From NCBI GenBank assembly GCA_034408875.1, contig JAWXCJ010000386.1:1-40579 (forward strand): DNA of 40,579 bases, read 5' to 3'. Positions 9,180 to 18,572 of the stretch are shown piece by piece; position 1 is the stretch's first letter; each line of letters begins with the position of its first letter. Made by a program: the position numbers and the translations under genes. The notes below the pieces were generated by a model, which worked only from the letters and a program-made list of their open reading frames with translations, did no database searches and was not told the origin of the DNA. The DNA is from Actinomycetota bacterium. GTDB taxonomy: Bacteria > Actinomycetota > Acidimicrobiia > IMCC26256 > PALSA-610.

Positions 9180-10418
9180 ATGCAGCTGAGCGATATCGAC
9201 CTGCTCGACCGCGACGTCTTCACCAAGGGCGTACCACACGAGTGGTTCACCTTCTTGCGGCGCGAGGCGCCGGTGTACAAGCACCCTGAGCCGGGCGGGC
9301 CCGGGTTCTGGGTCGTCACCAAGTACGACGACGTCGTAGCCGTCGGCCGCGACGGCGCGACCTACTCGTCGCACCAGAAGCGCGGCGGTGTGGTCGGCCT
9401 CGAAGGCACCGTCGAGCAGTACCAGGAGTTCACCGGCGACGCGAACCTGATGCTCACGATGGACGCGCCGGAGCACACCCGGTACCGCAAGCTCGTGAAC
9501 CGGGGCTTCACCCCGAAGCAGATGCGCATGCTCGAGCCGCACCTGCGCGAGATGACGAACAAGATCCTCGACGAGGTCATCGAGAAGGGCGAGTGCGACT
9601 TCGTCGTCGAGGTCGCGGCCGAACTCCCGCTCCAGGTGATCGCCGAGATGATCGGTGTGCCGCAGGAGGACCGGCACAAGCTCTTCGAGTGGTCGAACCG
9701 CATGATCGGGTCGGAAGACCCCGAGTACATGGTCGCCGAGAGCGAAGTGCAGCAGGCGCAGGTCGAGATGTTCATGTACTCGAACCAGCTCGCGCAGGAA
9801 CGCAAGGCGAACCCGCGCGACGACATCGTCTCTCAGCTCCTGACCGCCGAGGTCGACGGCGACCAGCTCTCCGAGATGGACTTCAACATGTTCTTCCTGC
9901 TGCTCGCGGTCGCGGGCAACGAGACGACCCGCAACTCGATCTCGCACGGCATCCAGGCGTTCTGCGACAACCCCGAGCAGTACCAGAAGCTCGTCGCCGA
10001 CCCGTCGCTCGCGACGCCGGCCACCGAGGAGATCGTGCGGTGGGCGTCGCCGGTCATGTACTTCCGCCGCAACGTCACGCGCGACACCGAACTGCGCGGC
10101 CAGCAGATCAAGGAAGGCGACAAGGTCTCGATCTGGTACGTCTCCGCCAACCGCGACGAAGACATTTTCGACACCCCGTTCACGTTCGACATCACCCGCG
10201 ACCCGAACGAGCACGTCGGCTTCGGTGGCGGTGGCCCGCACCACTGCCTCGGCGCCAACCTGGCCCGCATGGAGATTCGTCTCCTGCTCGAGGAGATGGC
10301 GCGCCGCATGCCCGAACTCGAAGCGACCGGTCCGTCGGAGCCGCTCCGCTCGAACTTCATCGGCGGTATCAAGCACCTGCCCGTGCGATTCCCGAAGGGG
10401 AAGCGCGAAGCATCCTGA
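9180..10418 (+). CDS. Cytochrome P450, CYP124/CYP125/CYP142-like (steroid or branched-lipid terminal hydroxylase)
   Basis: I-helix AVAGNETT, EEIVR (ExxR), SANRDE, heme motif GFGGGGPHHCLGANLAR, SNFIGGIK. Confidence 0.92.
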   Translation: MQLSDIDLLDRDVFTKGVPHEWFTFLRREAPVYKHPEPGGPGFWVVTKYDDVVAVGRDGATYSSHQKRGGVVGLEGTVEQYQEFTGDANLMLTMDAPEHTRYRKLVNRGFTPKQMRMLEPHLREMTNKILDEVIEKGECDFVVEVAAELPLQVIAEMIGVPQEDRHKLFEWSNRMIGSEDPEYMVAESEVQQAQVEMFMYSNQLAQERKANPRDDIVSQLLTAEVDGDQLSEMDFNMFFLLLAVAGNETTRNSISHGIQAFCDNPEQYQKLVADPSLATPATEEIVRWASPVMYFRRNVTRDTELRGQQIKEGDKVSIWYVSANRDEDIFDTPFTFDITRDPNEHVGFGGGGPHHCLGANLARMEIRLLLEEMARRMPELEATGPSEPLRSNFIGGIKHLPVRFPKGKREAS

Positions 10419-10430
10419 GTGAGTGAGAGG

Positions 10431-11204
10431 TCAGGTACCCGGTTGGCCCGGGATCACCATTCCCGCACTGAGGCCCCCGTCGACGAGCAGATCGGCGCCG
10501 GTCACGAACGCGGCCTCGTCGGACGCGAAGTAGAGCGCGGCGTCCGCGACGTCGCGCATCGTGCCCCGCTTTCCGATCGGTGCGCGGTGCGCGTCGCCGC
10601 CTCCGCCGCTCGCGGCGCGCCCGAAGTCGAAGTCGGGCGGCAGCGCTTCCATCACCATCTCGATGTTGCCCGCGGCCGGGCACACTGCGTTGACGCGGAT
10701 GTTGAACCGGCCCAGTTCGAGTGCCGCGGTCTTGGTGAGGCCGCGCACGGCAAACTTGCTCGCGGAGTAGGCGGCAGTGCCAGGTGTGACGTAGACGCCG
10801 TCGATCGACGAGATGTTCACGATCGACCCGCCGCCCCGCGCTTTCATCGGCTCGATCGACGATTTGATGCCGAGAAAGGTGCCGAGTTCGTTCACCTCGA
10901 ACACGTGCCGGTACGTCTCGACCGTCGTGTCCGCGATCGCGGTGAGGTGCAGCACGCCCGCGTTGTTCACCAGGACGTCGAGGGCGTCGAGGGCGCCGAC
11001 GGCTTCGGCCCAGCTCGACTCACTCGTCACGTCGAGGGTCACGTAACGGCCGCCGACCTTCTCGGCCACGGCCCGGCCCTGTTCCTCGCGGATGTCGGCG
11101 ACGACCACGTGCGCGCCTTCTTCGGTGAACCGCTCCGCGATCACCGCGCCGCTGCCGCGCGCCGCGCCGGTTACCAGTGCCGTCTTGCCGTCGAGTCGTC
11201 CCAT
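10431..11204 (-). CDS. SDR oxidoreductase, 3alpha,20beta-hydroxysteroid dehydrogenase-like
   Basis: TGAARGSG, LVNNAG, YSASKFAVRGLTKTAALELG; TACGCT 7 nt upstream of ATG suggests a leaderless mRNA. Confidence 0.88.
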   Translation of the reverse strand: MGRLDGKTALVTGAARGSGAVIAERFTEEGAHVVVADIREEQGRAVAEKVGGRYVTLDVTSESSWAEAVGALDALDVLVNNAGVLHLTAIADTTVETYRHVFEVNELGTFLGIKSSIEPMKARGGGSIVNISSIDGVYVTPGTAAYSASKFAVRGLTKTAALELGRFNIRVNAVCPAAGNIEMVMEALPPDFDFGRAASGGGGDAHRAPIGKRGTMRDVADAALYFASDEAAFVTGADLLVDGGLSAGMVIPGQPGT

Positions 11205-11296
11205 CGCGTGGAGCGTAGCCAGGCGGAGAACGGAGGCGCGGGCCTCGCCCGCGCTTGCAGTTGTGATGGAGCGCCGCAGTGCGGAGCCGCATCAGC

Positions 11297-13054
11297 ATGA
11301 GCACGCCCGAGCCGCACATCCGGCGGGGTGGCTGGCGGCTGATGCGCGAGGTCTCGACTCGCGAGCCGCGCTGGATCGCGCTCGGCGTCGGGTGCGCGCT
11401 CGGGTGGACGTTGGCCAAGATCGCGATCCCACTCTTCGCGCTGCAGGCCATCGACGAGGGGATCGACCCGTACGACCGCGAGGCCCTGCTCGGCTGGTCG
11501 ATCGCGATCGTGGCCGCGACGATCGTCGTCGGCGTGTTCACGTACTTCCGGCGCAAGTCGGCGTTCGCGATCTCGTTGCGGGCGGAGGCCGAGTTGCGGC
11601 GCCGGTTGTTCGACCATCTCCAGCGCCTGCACTTCGCCTACCACGACCGCGCCCAGATCGGTGAGCTGATGGCGCGCGTCAGCACCGACGCCAAACAGGT
11701 GCAGATGCTCGTGGTGTTCATACCGATCGCGGGCGCGAACTTCGTGATGATCGTCGGCGTGTCCGTCGTGCTGTTCGCGCTGAACGCCAAACTCGCGCTC
11801 GTCGCGATGGCATCGCTGCCGGTGCTGCTCGCGATCGCGACGAAGTTCTCGTCGATCCTCCACCCGGTCGCCATGGGGTTGCAGGAGCAACTGGCGGGCG
11901 TGTCGCACGTCGTCGAGGAGAGCCTGTCGGGCGTACGCGTCGTCAAGGGTTTCGGCGCCGAGGAAGTGCAGAACGGCCGGCTCGCGGTCGCGGCCGACGG
12001 TGTGTACGAGCGGGGCATGGCCCTGGCCAAACTGCGGGCAACGTTCAACCCGCTCCTCGAGATCCTGCCGATGCTGAGCCTCGTCGCCGTGCTCTACGTC
12101 GGTGGGCGCGAAGTGATCGAAGGGCGACTGAGCGTCGCCGAGTTGATCGCGTTCAACACGTACATCCTCATGCTCATCTTCCCGCTGCGCATGACGTCGT
12201 TCATGGTCGCCCAGGTTTCGCGGGCGTCCGCGTCGGCGCAACGGGTGTACGAGATCCTCGCGACCGCGCCCGAGATCGTCGAGCGTAAGGACGCGCAGCC
12301 GTTGCCCGAGGGGCGGGGCGAGGTGCGCTTCGAGGATGTCACGTTCGGCTACGGCGAAGGCGCGAAGATCCTGCGGGGATTCGACCTGACGATCCGCCCG
12401 GGCGAATCGGTTGCGCTGGTCGGCGCGACCGGCACCGGCAAGTCGACGGTGGCGCGCCTCGTACCGCGCTTCTACGACGTCGACGCGGGGCGGGTGACGC
12501 TCGACGGCGTCGACGTGCGCGACCTGCGCCTGTCGGATCTGCGCGACGCCGTCGGCCTGGTGTTCGAGGACACGTTCCTCTTCACGGACACCGTGCGCGC
12601 CAACATCGGGTTCGCGGAGGCGGAAGCGACCGCCGAGGACGTCGAACGGGCCGCACTGCTCGCGGGGGCGCACGACTTCATCGACAACCTCGGCGACGGG
12701 TACGACTCGATGCTCGGGGAGCACGGCTACTCCCTGTCGGGTGGGCAGCGGCAACGCGTCGCGATCGCGCGGGCGATCCTCGCCGACCCGCGGGTCCTGA
12801 TCCTCGACGACGCCACGTCGTCGGTCGACCCGACGAAGGAACACGAGATCCGCGACGCGCTGGGCGAAGTCATGCGCGACCGGACGACGATCATCATTGC
12901 GCACCGCCCCGCCACCATTGCGCTCGCCGACCGTGTCGTACTGATCGACGAGGGCAAGGTCGCGGCCGAGGGGACGCACCGGGAGTTGCTCGCGACCTCG
13001 GCTGCGTACCGCACCGTGCTCGCCCAGGCCGAAGCCCACGAGGCCGCATCGTGA
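11297..13054 (+). CDS. ABC exporter half-transporter (TMD+NBD), subunit with degenerate Walker B
   Basis: TM domain; GATGTGKS, LSGGQRQ, LILDD, IAHR. Confidence 0.92.
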   Translation: MSTPEPHIRRGGWRLMREVSTREPRWIALGVGCALGWTLAKIAIPLFALQAIDEGIDPYDREALLGWSIAIVAATIVVGVFTYFRRKSAFAISLRAEAELRRRLFDHLQRLHFAYHDRAQIGELMARVSTDAKQVQMLVVFIPIAGANFVMIVGVSVVLFALNAKLALVAMASLPVLLAIATKFSSILHPVAMGLQEQLAGVSHVVEESLSGVRVVKGFGAEEVQNGRLAVAADGVYERGMALAKLRATFNPLLEILPMLSLVAVLYVGGREVIEGRLSVAELIAFNTYILMLIFPLRMTSFMVAQVSRASASAQRVYEILATAPEIVERKDAQPLPEGRGEVRFEDVTFGYGEGAKILRGFDLTIRPGESVALVGATGTGKSTVARLVPRFYDVDAGRVTLDGVDVRDLRLSDLRDAVGLVFEDTFLFTDTVRANIGFAEAEATAEDVERAALLAGAHDFIDNLGDGYDSMLGEHGYSLSGGQRQRVAIARAILADPRVLILDDATSSVDPTKEHEIRDALGEVMRDRTTIIIAHRPATIALADRVVLIDEGKVAAEGTHRELLATSAAYRTVLAQAEAHEAAS

Positions 13055-14826
13055 GGCAGATGTACGGGAGCGACGAGAAGCTCTCCGGCCAGGAAAAGGC
13101 GCTGGTGTTCCGCCGCACCGCCCAGATGCTGCGCCCGCGCCGGAAGTTGATCCTGCTCGGGTCGGTGTGCGTCGTCCTGCAGGCGGCGTCGACACTCGCC
13201 GGGCCCGCCATCGTCCGTTTCGGCATCGACAACGGTGTCGAACCCAACGATCTCGACGCACTCAACCAGGCCACGTTCGCGTTCCTCGTGGCCGTCGCCG
13301 GGGTGTACGGGTTCGGCCGGCTCACCGTGCTCCTCGTCGCGCGGGTGGGGGAAGGGTTCCTCCGCGACCTGCGCGAGAAGGTGTTCCGCCACCTGATGGA
13401 CCTGCCGTTGGGGTTCTACGACCGCAACCGCACCGGTTCGCTCGTCGCCCGCATGACCGCCGATATCGACTCGCTCCAAGAGTTGGTGTCGCAGGGCTTG
13501 TCGATGTTCATCGTCAACCTCCTCGTGCTGCTCGGCGCGATTGTCGTCATGGTCTTGATGAGCTGGCAGCTCGCGCTCGGTGTGCTGTTCGTCGTGCCGG
13601 TGTTGGTGTGGGCATCGACGTGGTTCCGGCGCGAGTCGAACAAGGCGTACCTGCAATTGCGCGAGCGGGTGGGCGGCACCCTCACGTCGTTCCAGGAGGG
13701 CATGTCGGGTGTGCGGGTCGTGCAGGCGTTCAACCAGGAAGACGCGTTCCGTCGCCGCTTCGCCGAGACCAACGAGAAGCAGTACAAGACCAACCTGCAC
13801 GCCGAGACGGTGACCGCGCGCTACACGACGATCATCGAACTCGCGCAGGGCAGCGCCATCGCCGTCATCCTCTTCTACGGCGGTTGGCTCACGGGCCAGG
13901 ACGTGATCACGGTGGGCACGCTGGCCGCGTTCGTGCTCTACCTCCAGAACCTGTTCGAGCCGATCCAGCAGATGAGCCAGTTGTTCAACACGATCCAGGC
14001 CGCCGGCGCCGCGCTGCAGAAGCTGTACCAACTGCTCGACGAACCGGTGACGATCGACGAACGGCCGGGCGCGGTCGACCTTCCGCCGATCGGCACGCTC
14101 GACGTCGACGCGGTGTCGTTCCGGTACGGCGACGGACCGACCGTGCTCGACGACGTGTCGATTTCGGTGGCGCCGGGCCGGCGGGTCGCGCTCGTCGGGC
14201 CGACCGGCGCGGGCAAGTCGACGCTCGCCAAGCTGATGGTCCGCTTTTACGACCCGGCCGAGGGGTCGGTCAGCTACGGCGGCGTCGACCTGCGCGACGC
14301 GACCTTGCACTCGTTGCGCGAGCGCATCGTCGTCGTTCCGCAGGAGGGGTTCCTCTTCGGGGGCACGATCCGCGACAACATCCTCATCGCCAAGCCCGGC
14401 GCGAGCCCGGCCCAGGTCGACGAGGCGGTCGCGGCGTTGGGCCTGGAACCGCGGTTCGCCGCGTTTGCCAACGGGCTCGACACCGAGGTGCACGAGCGGG
14501 GTGCGAACCTGTCGGCCGGGGAGCGTCAGCTCGTCTCGATCGCACGCGCTGCGCTCGCCGACCCGACGCTCGTCGTGCTCGACGAGGCGACGTCGTCGCT
14601 CGACCCCGGTACTGAGCTCATCGTCGAGCACGCGCTCGAACAGCTCATGGAAGGCCGCACGGTGATCGTCATCGCGCACCGCCTCTCGACCGCGGCGCGC
14701 GCCGACCTCGTCGCCGTCGTCAACCACGGCCGGCTCGTCGAGGTCGGCCACCACGACGACCTCGTCGCCCGCGGCGGCGAGTACGCGGCCCTGTTCGCAT
14801 CGTGGACGGGCGGCGCTCGCCTGTAG
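13051..14826 (+). CDS. ABC exporter half-transporter (TMD+NBD), partner subunit
   Basis: GTGA overlap; GPTGAGKS, LSAGERQ, VVLDEATS, IAHRLST. Confidence 0.92.
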   Translation: MRQMYGSDEKLSGQEKALVFRRTAQMLRPRRKLILLGSVCVVLQAASTLAGPAIVRFGIDNGVEPNDLDALNQATFAFLVAVAGVYGFGRLTVLLVARVGEGFLRDLREKVFRHLMDLPLGFYDRNRTGSLVARMTADIDSLQELVSQGLSMFIVNLLVLLGAIVVMVLMSWQLALGVLFVVPVLVWASTWFRRESNKAYLQLRERVGGTLTSFQEGMSGVRVVQAFNQEDAFRRRFAETNEKQYKTNLHAETVTARYTTIIELAQGSAIAVILFYGGWLTGQDVITVGTLAAFVLYLQNLFEPIQQMSQLFNTIQAAGAALQKLYQLLDEPVTIDERPGAVDLPPIGTLDVDAVSFRYGDGPTVLDDVSISVAPGRRVALVGPTGAGKSTLAKLMVRFYDPAEGSVSYGGVDLRDATLHSLRERIVVVPQEGFLFGGTIRDNILIAKPGASPAQVDEAVAALGLEPRFAAFANGLDTEVHERGANLSAGERQLVSIARAALADPTLVVLDEATSSLDPGTELIVEHALEQLMEGRTVIVIAHRLSTAARADLVAVVNHGRLVEVGHHDDLVARGGEYAALFASWTGGARL

Positions 14827-14841
14827 CGAGACCCCATCGTC

Positions 14842-14893
14842 GCTTCTGGACGCGCGTATCTGTTCCTGACAACAGATACGCGCGTCCAGAAGC
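14842..14893. repeat. Perfect 23-bp inverted repeat (terminator or REP-like)
   Basis: gcttctggacgcgcgtatctgtt-cctgac-aacagatacgcgcgtccagaagc, 15 nt after the ABC stop; no U-tract. Confidence 0.85.
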
Positions 14894-14979
14894 AGGTGGG
14901 TTGGGTGTCGGGCGACACGGGTCGCGACTGCTACCCACGTCTTGCGCATGGTCCTGCCCTTTCGCCTTAGGCTCGCTCC

Positions 14980-15936
14980 ATGGAGATCTCCTGCGCGTTT
15001 CCGCCTTCACCATCGGTTGTCGAGCACATCGTGCTCGCCGAAGAACTGGGTTACAAGCGGGCGTGGTTGTACGACTCGCCGGCCCTGTACGGCGACATCT
15101 ACGTGGTGCTCGCGCTGGCCGCGTTACGAACCGACCGCATCGGGCTCGGCACCGCCGTGATCGTGCCCAACCTGCGCCACCCGCTGACCCAGGCAAGTGC
15201 GATCGCGACGATCGAACAGCTCGCACCGGGGCGGTTCTCGGTCGCCATCGGTACCGGGTTCACCGGTCGCATGGCGATGGGCAAGCAGGCGCTGACGTGG
15301 AAGTACACGCGCAACTACATCGCGCAACTGCGCGCGCTGTTGCGGGGCGAGAAGGTCGAGGTCGACGGCGCGCTCGTGCAGATGCTGCACGCGCCCGAGT
15401 TCGCGCCGCCGTTCCCGATCGACGTATCGATCGTGGTCGCGGCCAACGGCCCGAAGGGCATGGAGGTCGCGCAGGAGTTCGGCGACGGCGTCATGACAAT
15501 CGGCGGCGGCTCCGAGTTCGACTGGACGGCGGTTCTCGCATTCGGCACCGTGCTCGACGACGGCGAGAGCCCGAGTTCGGAGCGCGCGCTGGCCGCTACC
15601 GGCCCCGCGATCGCGGTCGTCTACCACGCCATGTGGGAGGGCGGCGCGGTCGACGGTCTGCCCGGCGGACCGGAATGGCGGGCGGAGTTGGAGAAGCTCC
15701 CGGAGAACGAACGGCATCTCGCCGTGCACAAGGACCACCTCGTCGCCGTGACCGAACGCGACCGGCCCGTGATCAACGGCGAGCTTGCCCCTGCCTTTAC
15801 GTGGACGGGTTCGGCCAAAGAACTGCGCGACCGGCTTGACCTGCTCGAAGACGCGGGTGCCTCGGAAATTCTTTACGCGCCTATGGGGCCGGACGTTCCC
15901 CGCGAGCTCAACGCCTTCCTCGACATGGCGCGGTGA
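14980..15936 (+). CDS. LLM class flavin (possibly F420)-dependent oxidoreductase
   Basis: AEELGYKRAWLYDSP, TDRIGLGTAV, RHPLTQASAIAT..QLAPGRF, VAANGPK; TAGGCT 6 nt before ATG. Confidence 0.88.
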   Translation: MEISCAFPPSPSVVEHIVLAEELGYKRAWLYDSPALYGDIYVVLALAALRTDRIGLGTAVIVPNLRHPLTQASAIATIEQLAPGRFSVAIGTGFTGRMAMGKQALTWKYTRNYIAQLRALLRGEKVEVDGALVQMLHAPEFAPPFPIDVSIVVAANGPKGMEVAQEFGDGVMTIGGGSEFDWTAVLAFGTVLDDGESPSSERALAATGPAIAVVYHAMWEGGAVDGLPGGPEWRAELEKLPENERHLAVHKDHLVAVTERDRPVINGELAPAFTWTGSAKELRDRLDLLEDAGASEILYAPMGPDVPRELNAFLDMAR

Positions 15937-15937
15937 G

Positions 15938-15986
15938 TGTGTTTGAAGCTCAGTGGCCGCTCAGCGGCCACTGAGCTTCAAACACA
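15938..15986. repeat. Perfect 24-bp palindrome between convergent genes (family B, copy 1)
   Basis: tgtgtttgaagctcagtggccgct-c-agcggccactgagcttcaaacaca. Confidence 0.9.
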
Positions 15987-15987
15987 A

Positions 15988-16380
15988 CTAGGCGGTACGC
16001 CAGAGGGCGGTCTCGCGTTGATCCCACACGTCTTCGATGAGGTCGGGGTCGAGATGCTCCTTGTGCACGTACGCCACCGCACCGCTCGACGACGCGCCGT
16101 GGGGGAGTGCTTTGGCGTCGTACGTGGAAACCAGCACGACGACGGTGTCGGGATGGGCGGCGACGATCTCGCGCGTCGCATCCACACCGCTGATGCCGGG
16201 CAGGTTGATGTCCATGACGACGAGATCGGGACGCAACGACTCGACGAGCGCGCCCGCCTCTTCGCCCGACGTGGCTTCGCCGACCACCTCGAACCGGTCG
16301 ACGAGGTCGAACACGAGCTTGGCCGCTTCCCGGAACGGAAGCTGATCGTCGACGATGAGGACGCGCACGAGTTCGGTCAC
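15988..16380 (-). CDS. Single-domain response regulator (receiver only)
   Basis: VLIVDDQ, PDLVVMDINLPG, LVST, YVHK; GTG start overlaps upstream stop. Confidence 0.88.
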   Translation of the reverse strand: MTELVRVLIVDDQLPFREAAKLVFDLVDRFEVVGEATSGEEAGALVESLRPDLVVMDINLPGISGVDATREIVAAHPDTVVVLVSTYDAKALPHGASSSGAVAYVHKEHLDPDLIEDVWDQRETALWRTA

Positions 16381-17069
16381 GGCGTGGCCTTCCCGAGGTT
16401 CCCGAGTTTCTCCTGGTCGGCGAGATAGACGAGGACGGCTTTCACGCGGCGGTGCACGGTGTGCTCTTCGCCGAGCCCGAGCTTCGCGAACACGGCGTTG
16501 ATGTGTTTCTCGACGGCGCGGTCGCTGAGCGACAGTGCCTCGGCGATACCCGCGTTGTTCTTGCCCTGGGCCATCTCGGCGAGGGTCTCTCGTTCGCGGG
16601 GCGTGAGCGTGCTGACCGGAGATCGGGACGCGGCGCGCGCTTCCAGGAGGACGTCGACGACCTTCGGATCGACGACCGAGCCGCCGCGCGCCACCTCGCG
16701 AATGGCGCGTGCGAGCTGTTCGCCGTCGGCCACTCGCTCTTTGAGGAGATAGCCGCGACCTTCGGCGCCTTCGGCGAACAGGGCGAGCGCGTAGGACGGC
16801 TCGAGGTACTGGCTCAACACCACTACTCCGATGTGGGGGTGTGTTTCCCTTAGCCGGGCGGCGGCCCGCACGCCCTCGTCGGTGCCGGTCGGGGGCATCC
16901 TGATGTCGGTCAGCACGACATCGGGCCCGTGCTCGGCCACCAACGCGATCAGCGCGTCGAAATCTTCGGCGACCCCGACCAGCTCGAGATCGTCTTCGAG
17001 GTCGATCAGGGTGCGGACGCCTTCGCGCATGAGGACGTTGTCCTCCGCGAGCACGAGCCGGATTGCCAC
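16377..17069 (-). CDS. NarL/LuxR-family response regulator
   Basis: LAEDN, DIRMPP, GYLLKER, LTPRERETLAEMAQGKNNAGIA..AVEKHIN HTH; TAGCCT 6 nt upstream. Confidence 0.93.
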   Translation of the reverse strand: MAIRLVLAEDNVLMREGVRTLIDLEDDLELVGVAEDFDALIALVAEHGPDVVLTDIRMPPTGTDEGVRAAARLRETHPHIGVVVLSQYLEPSYALALFAEGAEGRGYLLKERVADGEQLARAIREVARGGSVVDPKVVDVLLEARAASRSPVSTLTPRERETLAEMAQGKNNAGIAEALSLSDRAVEKHINAVFAKLGLGEEHTVHRRVKAVLVYLADQEKLGNLGKATP

Positions 17070-17201
17070 AGGGCCAGGCTACTGAGCGCCGGCCCGGCGG
17101 GTAAGTGGGCAGACCCCCCGGTGCGGGTGGGGCTGGCACCACGAAGGAAGGCGGGGCCCCAGGCTGTTGGCCCGGACCGTTCCGTTCCATACTTCGCAAC
17201 G

Positions 17202-18572
17202 ATGCAGACCAGCCCGGCGGCCGGCACCTCGGCAGACGAGGTGGTCACTCGCCGCCCGCCGAAGTTGTCGGCGCCGGTCGTGTTGACGCGGCTCCTCGTG
17301 TACGGCGCGCTCTTCGCGTTCATCGGGCTCGTGTTCGGCGCGCTGCCCGTCGTCCTCGGAAGCCTTGTGGGTTCGGGCGCGCGGACGGTGCTGTCGATTG
17401 CGGCCACGGCTGTTGTCGCCCTGGGCTTCGAGCGGGTGCGCCGCGGGGCCGAGCGCACCGCGCAGCGCCTCGTGTACGGCGAGCGGGCCACGCCGTACGA
17501 AGTGCTGGCCGAGTTGTCGGACCGCATGGCCGCCGCGTATCCGACCGCCGACGCGCTCCTTCTCATGGCCCAGATCCTCGTCCTCGGCAGTGGAGCCGCC
17601 GGCGCGCGCATCTGGTTGCGCGTCGGCGACGACCTGGTTCCCGCGACCGCATGGCCCGAAACACCCGACATCGAACTCGGCTCGGCGCGACTCTCGGATT
17701 CGGACGACCTGCCGCCGCTCCCCGACGCGCACTACGCGCTCGGCGTTCGTCACCACGGCGAGTTGATCGGCGCGATCACGGTGATCCAGTTGCCGGGGAG
17801 TCCGCTGTCGCTCACCGACCTGCGCCTGCTCGACGACTTCGCCGCGCAGGCCGGACTCGTGCTCCGCAACGTGCGGCTCAGCGCGGAGCTGGCGACCAGT
17901 CTCGAAGCGATTTCGGCGCAGGCGACCGAGATCCGCGCGTCGCGCCGCCGCATCGTCGACGCGCAGGATGCCGAGCGTCGTCGCGTCGAACGCGACATCC
18001 ACGACGGCGCCCAGCAGTATCTCGTGGCGCTGATGGTGCAGTTCCGTGTCACCCGCACCCTCGCCGGTCGGGATCCGGCCCGCGCGAGCACGATGGTCGA
18101 CGAGTTGCGGCGGGTCGTGCGCGAAGCGCTCGAAGCGCTCGGCGAACTCGCACAGGGGATTCACCCGCCCGTGCTGACCACGCAGGGCCTGGCGGCGGCG
18201 CTGCGCCGTCAGGAACAGAACCCCGCGATCCATGTCGCGGTCGATGATGCCGGTATCGGCCGGTACCCGATCGGTGTCGAAGCGGCTGTCTACTTCGCGT
18301 GCCTGGAAGCGTTGAACAACGCGGCCAAGCACGCGCCGGGATCCAACGTCGTCGTACGGCTCGAGGAAGCCGACGGCCATCTCGGGTTCTCGGTACGCGA
18401 CGACGGCTTCGGGTTCGACCAGCGCGAGTCGCGTCCGGGGTCGGGTCTCGGGAACATGGTCGACCGGGTGGCCGCGCTCGGCGGGGCGCTCGACATCACC
18501 TCGGCGCCGAGTCGCGGCACGATGGTTTCCGGCCGCGTGCCGCTGAGCGGCCGGCACGAGGCACTCGCGTGA
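17202..18572 (+). CDS. Sensor histidine kinase (HisKA_3 type) with short TM region and GAF-like domain
   Basis: H-box ERDIHDGAQQYL, N-box EALNNAAKHA, G1 DDGFGFD, G2 GSGLGNMVDR. Confidence 0.9.
   Translation: MQTSPAAGTSADEVVTRRPPKLSAPVVLTRLLVYGALFAFIGLVFGALPVVLGSLVGSGARTVLSIAATAVVALGFERVRRGAERTAQRLVYGERATPYEVLAELSDRMAAAYPTADALLLMAQILVLGSGAAGARIWLRVGDDLVPATAWPETPDIELGSARLSDSDDLPPLPDAHYALGVRHHGELIGAITVIQLPGSPLSLTDLRLLDDFAAQAGLVLRNVRLSAELATSLEAISAQATEIRASRRRIVDAQDAERRRVERDIHDGAQQYLVALMVQFRVTRTLAGRDPARASTMVDELRRVVREALEALGELAQGIHPPVLTTQGLAAALRRQEQNPAIHVAVDDAGIGRYPIGVEAAVYFACLEALNNAAKHAPGSNVVVRLEEADGHLGFSVRDDGFGFDQRESRPGSGLGNMVDRVAALGGALDITSAPSRGTMVSGRVPLSGRHEALA

Noticed and set aside
11171-14949. 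696-aa and 740-aa minus-strand ORFs
   Set aside because: Antisense shadows of the ABC exporter genes
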